Of a DNA stretch of 64,000 nucleotides, positions 26,360-35,866 are shown in pieces. This stretch comes from Dehalococcoidia bacterium (GTDB lineage Bacteria > Chloroflexota > Dehalococcoidia > Lucifugimonadales > HRBIN23), in the NCBI GenBank assembly GCA_025060295.1, contig JANXCH010000006.1, positions 5,257-69,256 of the forward strand. Reading direction: 5' to 3'. A program made the translations under genes and the position numbers. The notes beneath the pieces are model-generated. The model worked only from the letters and a program-made list of their open reading frames with translations, was not told where the DNA came from and searched no databases. How positions within the stretch are numbered: position 1 is the first letter of the stretch; each line of letters opens with the position of its first letter.

Positions 26360-27673
26360 CTAAGGGAAGATGTCCAGGCTCATCATATCCTGGGGGGTCT
26401 CCCGACGGCGCATCAAACGCGCCGTTCCGTTGCGCACCAGCACCATCGCCGGCCGTCCGTTGAGGTTGTAGGTGCTGGCCATCGCCGGGGCATAGGCCCC
26501 TGCACAGGGCATGGCTATAAGGTCGCCCGGCTCCAGGCGCGGGAGCAGCACATCCCGCGCCAAGATGTCCCCGGACTCGCAGTATTTCCCCGCAATGGTA
26601 ACGGGGGTATCGGGGGTCTGGAACAGTTTGGTGGCGGCCACAGCCTCGTATACCGCCCCATACAGGGCGGGGCGGATGTTGTCCCCCATGCCTCCGTCCA
26701 CGGCCACATAGGTGCGCACACCGGGAATGACCTTCACCACGCCGACCCGATACAGGGCCACAGCGCTGGGGCCCACGATAGCCCGTCCGGGTTCCACCAC
26801 AAGGCGAGGAAGGGGCAGAGCGTGGCGAGCGCAGGCTTCCCGTAGGGCTGCAGCGATGGCGCGGGCGTAGTCGGCTGGTGTGGGGGGCCTCTGCTGGCGT
26901 GTGTAGGCTATAGCAAAACCTCCCCCTGGACTGAACTCCTCCAGGGGGGCACCACTCTGGACGGCGAAGTCCACGGCGATGGCGATGGCCTGCACATAGG
27001 GCTCCACCTCAAAGATGGGGGAACCGAGGTGGAAGTGCAGGCCCTTCAGGGCCAGGTGGGGACTGGCCCGCGCGCGGCGCACCGCCTCTCGGGCCTGCCC
27101 GTCCACCAAGGGGAAGCCGAACTTGCTGTCCACCACCCCCGTGGTGGTGTGGGTGTGGGTATGCGGATCCACCCCAGGGGTAATGCGGAGGAGGATGGGT
27201 TGCACCCTTCCCCGCTCTGCCGCCAGGCGCTCCAGCAGAGCCAACTCCTGAAAGTTGTCCACCACAATGCGCCCGATGCGGTAGTCCAGGGCCTCCCGCA
27301 GTTCCTGGGGGGTCTTGTTATTGCCGTGGAAGTAGATGGTGTCGGGGGGAAACTCCACAGCCCGAGCCACGGCCAGTTCCCCCCCAGAGACCACATCCAA
27401 TCCCAACCCCTCCTCCTGGAAGAGGCGGGCTAGGAGGGGGGTGATGTAGGCTTTACAGGCGTAAATCACCAGGGAGTTGGGGTAGGCCTCCTGGAAGGCG
27501 GTGCGGAAGGAGCGGCACTGGTGCCGCAGGGTCTCTTCGTCAAAGATGTAGAGGGGGGTGCCGAAGCGCTCGGCCAAATCTGCCACATCGCACCCGCCCA
27601 CGGCAAGGTGGCCCGCGGGCGTGGCCTGGGCGGTCAGGGGGAAAATGTGGCGGAGGGGCTCTAAAGCGTTCAT
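26360..27673 (-). CDS. lysA: Diaminopimelate decarboxylase
   Basis: IYACKAY (PLP Lys), HFHLGS, EPGRAIV, KYCESGD. Confidence 0.95.
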   Translation of the reverse strand: MNALEPLRHIFPLTAQATPAGHLAVGGCDVADLAERFGTPLYIFDEETLRHQCRSFRTAFQEAYPNSLVIYACKAYITPLLARLFQEEGLGLDVVSGGELAVARAVEFPPDTIYFHGNNKTPQELREALDYRIGRIVVDNFQELALLERLAAERGRVQPILLRITPGVDPHTHTHTTTGVVDSKFGFPLVDGQAREAVRRARASPHLALKGLHFHLGSPIFEVEPYVQAIAIAVDFAVQSGAPLEEFSPGGGFAIAYTRQQRPPTPADYARAIAAALREACARHALPLPRLVVEPGRAIVGPSAVALYRVGVVKVIPGVRTYVAVDGGMGDNIRPALYGAVYEAVAATKLFQTPDTPVTIAGKYCESGDILARDVLLPRLEPGDLIAMPCAGAYAPAMASTYNLNGRPAMVLVRNGTARLMRRRETPQDMMSLDIFP

Positions 27674-27684
27674 AGGCGCGCTCT

Positions 27685-28425
27685 TTAGGGAAGGGTCTCC
27701 AGAGGTTCCTCGCGGAACAAGAACAGGTTCTCGACGCGGGGGTCGCGCAGGGCCAATCCCTGATCGATCACCTGGTGCATGGGGATGGGGTAAATCGCAG
27801 TGCGGGAGAGGGCGCTGTCCACGCGGGTCTCCCGCAGGCGACGGGTGCCGTCCTCCAAGGTCTCCTCATAGGCGAACTCCCAGGCCAGCAGAAGCACCCG
27901 TACACCCAAGCCCTGGACTTTGCGCACCAGGGGCACGAAGTCGCCATCACAGGCGATAAGGGCGATGACATCTACCCGCCGCTGCACTGCCAGGTCATAG
28001 GCCTCCAAAGCCAACCACACATCAATGCCCGTCTCTCGGGGGCGCTCGCCGCGCTCCTCCCGTAAAAGATAGTGGGGGGTGATGCCTTCGTTGATGAGGA
28101 CCTCATCGAACACCCGGTCGGAAAGGAGCCGGTTGCGCGCACTGGCGGTGGCGGCCGAAAACCGCCCCCGAAAGTAACGGGCTTCGGTGATCAGGCAGAA
28201 GTCCACCGGGACCCGCTCCCGCTGTGCCACCAGGTGTCGGATGAACTCCTGCAATCCTCGGAGGGAGATGCGGCTGCGGCGAGGGTGACCGAACTTGTAG
28301 TAGTTGGAGACCTCGGTGAAATATCCGCCGTCATAGAACACGGCGATGCGGGTGAAGGTGGTGCCGGCGCGACCGACAGGGCCTATGGGGGTGGGGCCTT
28401 CGGATGGGGGGAACTGGTTGCCCAT
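27685..28425 (-). CDS. NYN (LabA/DUF88-like, PIN-related) domain protein
   Basis: IAVFYDGGYF... and VIALIACDGDFVPLV, typical NYN acidic motifs. Confidence 0.75.
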   Translation of the reverse strand: MGNQFPPSEGPTPIGPVGRAGTTFTRIAVFYDGGYFTEVSNYYKFGHPRRSRISLRGLQEFIRHLVAQRERVPVDFCLITEARYFRGRFSAATASARNRLLSDRVFDEVLINEGITPHYLLREERGERPRETGIDVWLALEAYDLAVQRRVDVIALIACDGDFVPLVRKVQGLGVRVLLLAWEFAYEETLEDGTRRLRETRVDSALSRTAIYPIPMHQVIDQGLALRDPRVENLFLFREEPLETLP

Positions 28426-28474
28426 AGCACCTCTTTTCTTTCCGTGTGTTGTCTGGGTAGATGGTATACACGAG

Positions 28475-29374
28475 TTAGCCTACGAGGCGGTAGGTGTCTC
28501 CCTGACGGGCGACGCGCCCCTCTTTCTCCAGTTTGATGAGATGGGTGCGCAGTTGGTTGCGGGCCAGGGTGTGCAAACGCGCTTCCAGTTCCGGGTAGAT
28601 CTCCTCCCGCAGGGCTTCCAGGGTTTTGGGGGCGTTGCGTAAAGCCGAGAGGATTTGGGCCTCCCGCTCCAGACGGTGGTGCAGGAGTTCCTGGATTTTG
28701 GCCTTCGGGTTGCGCACCAGGGGGCCATGCCCAGGGCAGATGACGGTGGCGGGGTAGTCCAAGAGCCGACGCAAGGTGTGTAGATAGAGAGCCATGTCGC
28801 CTTCATCGGGGTTGATTACGGTGGTGCCCATCCCGAGGACAGTATCTCCCGTGAAGAGGGCTCCATCGGGACGCAGGAACACGCTCAGGCTGCCCAGGGT
28901 ATGTCCCGGGGAGTGGATGAACTCCACCTCTTTACCCCCCAGGTCGAGGCGCTGGCCGTGGGCTGGGGTGTGGTGAACGCGGATGCTGACGCCCTGCTTT
29001 TCCAGGGCCTGGTCAATGGCAGGCTTCTCAGCCGGGGCGCTATAGATAGGTGCTCCCGTGGCTTGGGAGAGGGCGGCCGCTCCCCCCATATGGTCTGGAT
29101 GGCGATGGGTAAGGATGAGGGCGATGAGAGGGGGCGGTTTGAGGGTCTGGATGTAGTCCAGGCGTGCCTGAATGTGCTCGGGCTGGTTCCAGCCGGTGTC
29201 CACCAGGGCGCTGGCGCGGGTGCCGACGATCAGGTAACTATTGGGAGGGAACAGACCGGGGCCTGGGCTCTGCCCCACAGTGATAGCGTGGACACCGGGC
29301 ACGATCTCCATTGCTTCCTTACACACAAAGGTGTGGGGGTGCTCCGAGATATATGCCGTCTGCGCAATGCTCAA
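28475..29374 (-). CDS. MBL-fold metallo-hydrolase with C-terminal winged-helix-like tail
   Basis: LILTHRHPDHMGG (HxHxDH), later SPGHT and CPGHGP. Confidence 0.85.
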   Translation of the reverse strand: MSIAQTAYISEHPHTFVCKEAMEIVPGVHAITVGQSPGPGLFPPNSYLIVGTRASALVDTGWNQPEHIQARLDYIQTLKPPPLIALILTHRHPDHMGGAAALSQATGAPIYSAPAEKPAIDQALEKQGVSIRVHHTPAHGQRLDLGGKEVEFIHSPGHTLGSLSVFLRPDGALFTGDTVLGMGTTVINPDEGDMALYLHTLRRLLDYPATVICPGHGPLVRNPKAKIQELLHHRLEREAQILSALRNAPKTLEALREEIYPELEARLHTLARNQLRTHLIKLEKEGRVARQGDTYRLVG

Positions 29375-29537
29375 GAGACAGGAGGGCGTTTTGCGCCCAA
29401 TTTTCTGCCCAGGAGGAGGCGTTACGCCGGCTAGACAGGGCTTAGCGCGCCGTTCACACCTTCCAGTGCATCCTCCCTTTTATTGTAATGGCCCTGGGGG
29501 AATGGTGCAAGGGGCATATGGGGACGCCCTAGCGCCC

Positions 29538-29566
29538 TTGCCCTGTCCCTGAAGTTGGGCTAGGAT
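29538..29566 (+). promoter_or_regulatory. Possible promoter TTGCCC-17-TAGGAT for the MFS gene
   Basis: Hexamer pattern only, 18 nt upstream of ATG 29584. Confidence 0.25.
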
Positions 29567-29583
29567 GGTGCCCAAGAAAGCGT

Positions 29584-30810
29584 ATGACGACCTTTGGTCT
29601 CTCCACCCGGTTGGGTGAGGCCCTCCCGGTGCGGACTTTGACCACCGTGCTGGCCCTTGCGCTGGGCTGGGTGGTGCTCTACATGGATCGGACGACCCTG
29701 TCCCCCCTTTTGCCTGTCATCGGGAGGGAGTTCAGCCTGACGGGCACTCAGCAGGGGGCTATCGCCAGCGCCTACTTCTTCACCTATGTGGCGTTGCAGG
29801 TGCCGTCGGGTCTGCTGGGTGACCGCTTCGGCCTGAAACGGGTGCTGATGGTGATGTATACCCTGGCGGGATTGGGGATGGTCGGTGTGGGCCTATTTGC
29901 ACGCTCGTATCTGCTGTTCATGGCGTTCATCATTGTGCACGCTATCGGGGCGGGGGCCTATTATTCCACATCCTATGGCATTACGGTGAGCAGTGTACCT
30001 CCCCAGCGGCGGGGGATGAGTAGTGCCATCGTAACGGTAGGGATGGCGTCGGGGTTGGCTTTGGGGCTATCCCTGTCGGGGGTGCTCTACCAAGCATGGG
30101 GAACGTGGCGTGCGCCCTTTTTGGTGTGGGGCATCTGCACGCTAGCGATGGTTCCCCTTTTTGCGCTGGCCGTCCAGGGTCAGAGGTTCACCCCGCCATC
30201 GCCCGGGGGTTTGGGGCGCGTGGTGCGCCATCGGGGTCTCGTGCTGTTGGGCATCGCCAACTTTTTTATCCTTTGGAGCCAATGGGTTACCCTTACCTGG
30301 GCACCCAGTTTCCTTTATCAGGAGCGGGGGCTGAACTTGCGCCAGGCGGGGCTGTATACGGCCGTGGTGGCCTTGCCGGGAGTGGTGGGGGCATTACTGT
30401 GGGGGCGTCTCTCGGACCGAATCGGTAGACGCCGTCTCTTGACCCTGTTGCTTCCATTCACGATGGCCAGCCTGGTGGGGGTCGCCCTTGTTCGGCACCC
30501 GGGCCTGCTGGCTCTGGCCTTGGGGGTATACGGCTTGACGGGGGCCTTGGCCCTGAACCCCCTGATGGTCGCCTGGGCGGGGGACATGGCTCTCAAGCGC
30601 TCGGACCTGGGGGTAGGCACGGCTATCGCCGGCCTTAACGCTCTGGCGGTGGGGAGTTCTATTGTGGCGCCAGTGGTGAGTGGACGCATTCTTGACATAA
30701 CCCGTTCCTTGGAAGGGGCTTTTTTGTTGGGGGCTGTGTGGGTGGTGGTGGGATGGGCCATCCTGTGGATGGTGCCGGAGGAAAGGTCCCCAAAACCTGC
30801 AACACACTAA
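29584..30810 (+). CDS. MFS transporter
   Basis: 408 aa, about 12 TM helices, GDRFGLKR and LSDRIGRRR loop motifs. Confidence 0.85.
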   Translation: MTTFGLSTRLGEALPVRTLTTVLALALGWVVLYMDRTTLSPLLPVIGREFSLTGTQQGAIASAYFFTYVALQVPSGLLGDRFGLKRVLMVMYTLAGLGMVGVGLFARSYLLFMAFIIVHAIGAGAYYSTSYGITVSSVPPQRRGMSSAIVTVGMASGLALGLSLSGVLYQAWGTWRAPFLVWGICTLAMVPLFALAVQGQRFTPPSPGGLGRVVRHRGLVLLGIANFFILWSQWVTLTWAPSFLYQERGLNLRQAGLYTAVVALPGVVGALLWGRLSDRIGRRRLLTLLLPFTMASLVGVALVRHPGLLALALGVYGLTGALALNPLMVAWAGDMALKRSDLGVGTAIAGLNALAVGSSIVAPVVSGRILDITRSLEGAFLLGAVWVVVGWAILWMVPEERSPKPATH

Positions 30811-30922
30811 GCAAACACCAGGGTGCACAGGCGGTTTGAGCAGAGGTGTTGCAGTGAGATAATGGAAAGGGGCTGGCCTCTCGGTAGCCCCGACGCCCCG
30901 TGATGTCTGGCAGTCTGTGGGT

Positions 30923-30940
30923 GAGCATGGTGCCATGCTC
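30923..30940. promoter_or_regulatory. 18-bp palindrome GAGCATGG-TG-CCATGCTC (candidate operator)
   Basis: Perfect 8-bp arms with a 2-bp centre. Ends 12 nt before the agmatinase-family ATG, abutting its AGGAGAGAG SD. Confidence 0.3.
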
Positions 30941-30952
30941 TAGGAGAGAGAT

Positions 30953-31909
30953 ATGGACGGTTCCCGCTGGCCCGATGTGCGCCCCTGGCGGTGCTCCTTT
31001 TTCGGTGCGCCTATCTGCGAGGATCTGGAGCGCTTGGACGCACAAGTGGTTTTCATCGGCGTCCCCTTTGACCAGGGGACGACCAACCGCCCCGGGGCCC
31101 GGTTCGGCCCTCACGCCGTGCGGCAGGCCCGCGTCTACGACTATTTTTCTCTGTTCGAGCCGGAGCCCCCTCCCGCCGGGGGCCTGTATGAGGTGGACGT
31201 GGGCACCGAAATCCTCAAAGGCGTGACGATGGCCGACCTGGGGGATATCAATGTGGCCCCGTCCAACTGGGAGTTGGCTTTGGAGCGGCTGACACGGGTG
31301 GTGTCCCGTGTGATAGAGAAGGGGGCTTTCCCTGTGGTGGTGGGGGGCGACCATACCATCACTTTCCCCGTGGTGCGGGCTTTGGAGCGGTTTGCCCCCC
31401 TGGGCATTGTGCACCTGGATGCCCACTTGGACTATACCCACGACTACCAAGGGGTGCGCTACTACCACGGAAGCCCCATACGGCGGTGTGCGGAGTTGCC
31501 CTTCGTGGGGCCGATCAGCCACATTGGTATCCGAGCGGTGCGGCGCAAGCCCGTGGAGGAGGCGCGTCAGCGGGGAAACCTCATCATCTCTGCCGACCGC
31601 TTCCGCGCCCTGGGACCGAAGGGTGCCGCAGCCCTCGTGCCCTCTTCTGCTTTCCTTTACATCAGTTTGGATATTGATGTGCTTGACCCCGCTGTTGCCC
31701 CAGGCACGGGCACACCCGTGGTGGGGGGCTTGACCTACCTGGAGGTGCGGGATTTCCTGCGGGAGGTGGCGCGGAAAGGCAAGGTGGTGGGGTGCGATGT
31801 GGTAGAGGTGGCGCCGGAATACGACCACGCCCAAATCACAGCCCTGGCCGCCAGTCGGCTCATCGTGGACATCCTGGCGGCCGTTTTCCCACCTCACCCG
31901 CAACCGTAG
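30953..31909 (+). CDS. Agmatinase/ureohydrolase-family protein
   Basis: GGDHTITF, VHLDAHLDY, SLDIDVLDPAVAPGTGTP Mn-binding motifs. Confidence 0.85.
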   Translation: MDGSRWPDVRPWRCSFFGAPICEDLERLDAQVVFIGVPFDQGTTNRPGARFGPHAVRQARVYDYFSLFEPEPPPAGGLYEVDVGTEILKGVTMADLGDINVAPSNWELALERLTRVVSRVIEKGAFPVVVGGDHTITFPVVRALERFAPLGIVHLDAHLDYTHDYQGVRYYHGSPIRRCAELPFVGPISHIGIRAVRRKPVEEARQRGNLIISADRFRALGPKGAAALVPSSAFLYISLDIDVLDPAVAPGTGTPVVGGLTYLEVRDFLREVARKGKVVGCDVVEVAPEYDHAQITALAASRLIVDILAAVFPPHPQP

Positions 31910-31918
31910 GAGGGGCAG

Positions 31919-33667
31919 ATGGCGTTGCGCACTGTGTGGCGTCCTCAGCGGGATGAGGTGGTGGCCGTTCACGGGGCGGTGGCTACCAAAGACCCCCTAG
32001 CCACGGAGGTGGGTCTGGAGGTGCTCAAGCAGGGGGGGAACGCCGTGGATGCGGCGGTGGCCGTGGGCTTCTGCCTGTGCGTGGTGGAGCCGATGATGAC
32101 TTGCATCGCCGGGGTGGGGTATATGCTCATTGCCCTGCCCGGCCGGGGGGAGGAGGTGGTCATTGATTATGGTCCCCGCGCCCCTATGCGCGCACGTCCT
32201 GATATGTACCGCGTCCTGGGGGAGGCCCCCGCCCTTATTGGTCTGTACCAGGTAGAGGGGCGTGCCAACGAGGTGGGCTACCTCTCCATCGGCGTGCCTG
32301 GCACGGTGGCCGGTCTGTGCCTGGCCCACCGCCTTTACGGCTCTTTGCCCCTCCCCTTTTTGCTGGAGCCGGCTATCCACTACGCCGAGCAGGGTTTTGA
32401 AGTCAACTGGTATCTGGCTCTGTGCATTAGCAACGCTATGTCCGATTTCCAAGTGTCGCCCGCAGCCTGTGCCGTGTTCCTTCCCCGAGGGCGTCCTCCC
32501 ATCAGTTCACCCAAGCCTGCCGAGCGCCTGGTGCAACGGGACCTGGCCGAAGTGCTCAAGGCCATCGCTCGCCACGGCTCCGACGCCTTCTACAAGGGCG
32601 ATATCGCCGACGCCATTGAGCAGGATATGCGCGCCCACGGCGGGCTGATGACCCGCGCCGATTTGGAGCGCTATGAGGCGGTCGTGCGTGCCCCCTTGCG
32701 GGTTGCTTGGCGGGAAGTGGAGGTGCTTGCCCCCTGGGGGGCTAACGGCGCCATCACCGCGTTGGAGACCCTGAATATCTTGGAGAACTTTGACCTCAGG
32801 GCTTTGGGCCACAACACCATAGATTACCTGCACACCTACGCCGAGGCGGCGGGACACGCCTTCGCCGATCGTTACGCCTACCTGGGCGACCCGGAGGCGG
32901 TGGCGGTGCCTATGCGGGGCCTATTGTCGAAGGAGTATGCACGCCACATCAGTCAAACTCTCCGCCCCGACCGCACAGTGCTCCCCCTTCCCCCGGGACA
33001 GGTGCCCTGGGCCTATTACGACAGTCGTCCCCTCCATGACCCCTGGGCCTACGAGGGGCACCCGCGCCCGGCAACAGCGCCTGTCCCCTCGGCCCATGGC
33101 GGGGGCGATTGCACCACCCACTTCTGTATCGTGGATCGGGAGCGTAACCTGGTCTCCTGCACCCAGACGGCCGTCAGCTTGTTCGGTTCCAAAGTGGTTA
33201 CCCCAGGGACGGGCATCCTGTGGAATAACGCCATGCTTTGGTTCAACCCCAAGCCGGGCACGGCCAACTCCGTCGCCCCGTGGAAGCGCCCCTTGGTGAA
33301 CATGACGCCCCTTTTGGTGAAGCACGGGGGACGCCCCGTCATGGCCATCGGTGCACCAGGCGGGAGGCGCATCATTGACTGCAATACCCAGGTGTTCCTG
33401 AATATGGTGGCCTTCGGGATGGGGCCGCAGGAGGCGGTGGCCCAGCCCCGTGTAGATGTGAGCAGTGGGGAGGTGCTCCTGGACTCCCGTCTTGGGGAGG
33501 AGGTGGCCCAGGGCTTGCGCCAACGGGGACATCGGGTCGTGGTGGCCGAGGAGACCCCCGCCGATGTCAACTTCGCCACGCCCCTGGCCATCCAGGTGGA
33601 TGTTCAGAACAACCTGGTGCGGGCGGGTGTGGATGTGTTCCGGCGCGCAGAAGCGATGGGGTACTAG
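31919..33667 (+). CDS. ggt: Gamma-glutamyltransferase
   Basis: 582 aa. Autoprocessing site GGDCTTHFCIVD, GAPGGRRII. Confidence 0.9.
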   Translation: MALRTVWRPQRDEVVAVHGAVATKDPLATEVGLEVLKQGGNAVDAAVAVGFCLCVVEPMMTCIAGVGYMLIALPGRGEEVVIDYGPRAPMRARPDMYRVLGEAPALIGLYQVEGRANEVGYLSIGVPGTVAGLCLAHRLYGSLPLPFLLEPAIHYAEQGFEVNWYLALCISNAMSDFQVSPAACAVFLPRGRPPISSPKPAERLVQRDLAEVLKAIARHGSDAFYKGDIADAIEQDMRAHGGLMTRADLERYEAVVRAPLRVAWREVEVLAPWGANGAITALETLNILENFDLRALGHNTIDYLHTYAEAAGHAFADRYAYLGDPEAVAVPMRGLLSKEYARHISQTLRPDRTVLPLPPGQVPWAYYDSRPLHDPWAYEGHPRPATAPVPSAHGGGDCTTHFCIVDRERNLVSCTQTAVSLFGSKVVTPGTGILWNNAMLWFNPKPGTANSVAPWKRPLVNMTPLLVKHGGRPVMAIGAPGGRRIIDCNTQVFLNMVAFGMGPQEAVAQPRVDVSSGEVLLDSRLGEEVAQGLRQRGHRVVVAEETPADVNFATPLAIQVDVQNNLVRAGVDVFRRAEAMGY

Positions 33668-33737
33668 CACCGTTGGGGGGAATAAACCTTACGAACGGCT
33701 CCCTCGCCCAGTAACCGGGAGCCAGGGAAGGAGCGGC

Positions 33738-34202
33738 ATGGCCACATCTCCAGCCACACGGGAGGCCCTGATGGAATCCTTTGACCGGCGCGTGCAAGAG
33801 GCGATTCGTTGGTATGAGACATCGGCATCCACAGCTTCTGGGAAGGTGGGCACTTGGGGGCCTAAAGAGGTGCTGGCCCACTGTATCTTCTGGCATCAGG
33901 TTACCGCCGAAGGGATGGAATCGGTTGCCCGAAACGGACCTCCACGCCGCACCACCGCCCCAACCGATGATCTGAATGCGCAAGCTGTGGCTCAGCGGGC
34001 GGGGAAGACCCTAGCCGACCTGGTGGCCGAAGCGCGCCAGGTGCACCAGCGCCTCGTGCAGGCGGCGCGCTCCATCTCCAACTGGGACAGCATCGTTTTG
34101 GTGCGGGTGGATGGTACCACCCAAACCGTTCGCCAGCGCCTGGAGCGTATCCCCAACCACTGGTGGGAGCACATCGCCCAACTGGAGGGCAAGGCGAGTT
34201 AG
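33738..34202 (+). CDS. DinB/ClbS-like four-helix-bundle protein (tentative)
   Basis: ATG 33738 behind GGAAGGAG, 154 aa. WGPKEVLAHCIFWH and HWWEHI His-containing helices. The track start at 33465 overlaps ggt. Confidence 0.45.
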   Translation: MATSPATREALMESFDRRVQEAIRWYETSASTASGKVGTWGPKEVLAHCIFWHQVTAEGMESVARNGPPRRTTAPTDDLNAQAVAQRAGKTLADLVAEARQVHQRLVQAARSISNWDSIVLVRVDGTTQTVRQRLERIPNHWWEHIAQLEGKAS

Positions 34203-34210
34203 GAGGCTGT

Positions 34211-34639
34211 ATGTCCCGCATCCCTGACTTGCAGGAGAAATATGAGCGCCTCGACCGCAAACTGCCCATGAAGGGCGAGGAGGCCATAGACAGCGCCAGC
34301 CTTCTGGCCTTTGACTACGCGTATCCCGACCAGCCCGCTGAGGTGACCATTGAAACCGATGAGTTTACGGCGGTGTGCCCCTGGACGGGCCTCCCGGATT
34401 ACGGCAAACTGACTATTACCTATGTGCCACGCTACGCATGCGTGGAACTTAAGTCCTTGAAGTACTACCTCCTGTCCTTTCGGGATGTGGGCATCGTTCA
34501 GGAGCACGCCGCCAATCGCATACTGCGCGACCTGGTGGCTCTGTGTCGGCCGCGCTGGATGCGGGTGCGCCTAGACTACAAGGTGCGCGGGGGCATCCAC
34601 ACCACCGTCACGGTGGAGTATCGGGAGCCAACCGCCTAG
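34211..34639 (+). CDS. queF: NADPH-dependent 7-cyano-7-deazaguanine reductase
   Basis: ATG 34211 behind AGGAGG. FTAVCPWTGLPDYG (catalytic Cys) and VELKSLKYYL QueF motif. Confidence 0.9.
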   Translation: MSRIPDLQEKYERLDRKLPMKGEEAIDSASLLAFDYAYPDQPAEVTIETDEFTAVCPWTGLPDYGKLTITYVPRYACVELKSLKYYLLSFRDVGIVQEHAANRILRDLVALCRPRWMRVRLDYKVRGGIHTTVTVEYREPTA

Positions 34640-34710
34640 GCACGCTTCAGGCTGTGCACGGCGGGCAGCCACCTGTACCCATTCCCCTTGATGCTATGGG
34701 GTAGGAGACG

Positions 34711-35445
34711 ATGCCCTCCTCTCCGCGCTTCCTAGTGGTGGCTGGGCTTTTCCTGACCGCCCTTATCACGGCCAACATCACCGCGGTGAAGTTATTCCAG
34801 GTGGCCTCGGTGTCCCTCCCCTGGGGGGGACAGGTGCTGGTGGTTCTGCCCGCGGGGGTGCTGGTGTTCCCCCTGAGTTACATCGTCAACGATGTGCTCA
34901 CGGAGGTCTATGGCTACCGTAGCGCGCGGGCGGTCATCTGGCTGGGCTTTTTGTGCAATGGGGTGGCGGTGCTGTTCATCTGGCTCGGGGGCCTTTTGCC
35001 CCCCGCTCCCGGCTGGGAGGGGCAGGAGGCGTATCAACGCATCTTGGGCTATACGCCTCGCCTGGTGGCCGCGTCCTTCGCCGGCTACCTGGTGGGGGAA
35101 CTGGCCAACGCGCGTGTGCTGGCGCGTCTGAAGGTGGCCACGCGGGGGCGGTGGCTGTGGTTTCGCACCATCACCTCCACCCTGGTGGGGCAGGGCCTGG
35201 ACTCCCTGGTATTCATCACCATCGCCTTTGTGGGCACGGTGGGTGCGGGCCTGCTGGTGCAGATCGTCATCACCCAGTGGCTAGCCAAAAGCCTCTATGA
35301 GGCTCTAGCCACCCCCTTGACTTACCTGGTGGTGGGCTACATCAAACGCCGTGAAGGGGTGGACACCTACGACTACGGTCTTACCGTGAACCCGCTGCAG
35401 GTTCTGCGGGGGGGGCAAAAGTCTCCAGGTTCCCCCACCCGATAG
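34711..35445 (+). CDS. yhhQ: Queuosine-precursor transporter (YhhQ/DUF165 family)
   Basis: LSYIVNDVLTEVYGY, 6 TM helices, adjacent to queF. Confidence 0.85.
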   Translation: MPSSPRFLVVAGLFLTALITANITAVKLFQVASVSLPWGGQVLVVLPAGVLVFPLSYIVNDVLTEVYGYRSARAVIWLGFLCNGVAVLFIWLGGLLPPAPGWEGQEAYQRILGYTPRLVAASFAGYLVGELANARVLARLKVATRGRWLWFRTITSTLVGQGLDSLVFITIAFVGTVGAGLLVQIVITQWLAKSLYEALATPLTYLVVGYIKRREGVDTYDYGLTVNPLQVLRGGQKSPGSPTR

Positions 35446-35866
35446 CCCGTGTAACTTCTACGGCAATGAGGGGTGGTGTCCCCAAAGGCAGGTGGCGGTA
35501 TTGGGGATACTTGTCCTGCAAAGCCGTTACGGCTGCGGAGTAGTCCTCCCCCTGTGTCTGCAGGGAGGCGTGCCCCAGAAGGAGCACATAGGCCAGCCGC
35601 TCCCAATCCTCATCCCAGTGGTCCACCAGAAAGGCCACGCGCGGGTTGGCGCGGATGTTGCGCACCCGCTTGAGGTCTAGAGGGTTGACCCGCTTGGGCT
35701 TGGTGTCCAGGGGGATGAACAGGCGTCGCCCTTGCACCACGAACACCACGGGCACCAGGTGGGGCTGGCCGTAAGCATCGGCTGTGGCCAAGAACCCTCT
35801 GCGGGCCGACGCTACCACCCGCCACAGGACGTCACCGTCCCCTAGAGGCCGAGATCCTCCAACCAC
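35381..35866 (-). CDS. PPOX-class (pyridoxamine-phosphate-oxidase-like, probably F420-dependent) protein
   Basis: GFLATADAYGQPHLVPVVF...RNIRANPRVAFLVDHW split-barrel pattern. Start uncertain. The 3' end overlaps yhhQ convergently by 65 nt. Confidence 0.65.
   Translation of the reverse strand: MVGGSRPLGDGDVLWRVVASARRGFLATADAYGQPHLVPVVFVVQGRRLFIPLDTKPKRVNPLDLKRVRNIRANPRVAFLVDHWDEDWERLAYVLLLGHASLQTQGEDYSAAVTALQDKYPQYRHLPLGTPPLIAVEVTRAIGWGNLETFAPPAEPAAGSR

Noticed and set aside
30659-31972. 437-aa minus-strand ORF
   Set aside because: Antisense to the agmatinase-family gene (clear Mn-site motifs) and to the MFS gene end. His/Pro/Gly/Arg-rich and non-protein-like.
34640-34710. Possible preQ1 riboswitch between queF and yhhQ
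   Set aside because: There is only a 4-bp CCCC/GGGG hairpin, with no A-rich tail and no similarity to preQ1 cores that I can recognise.
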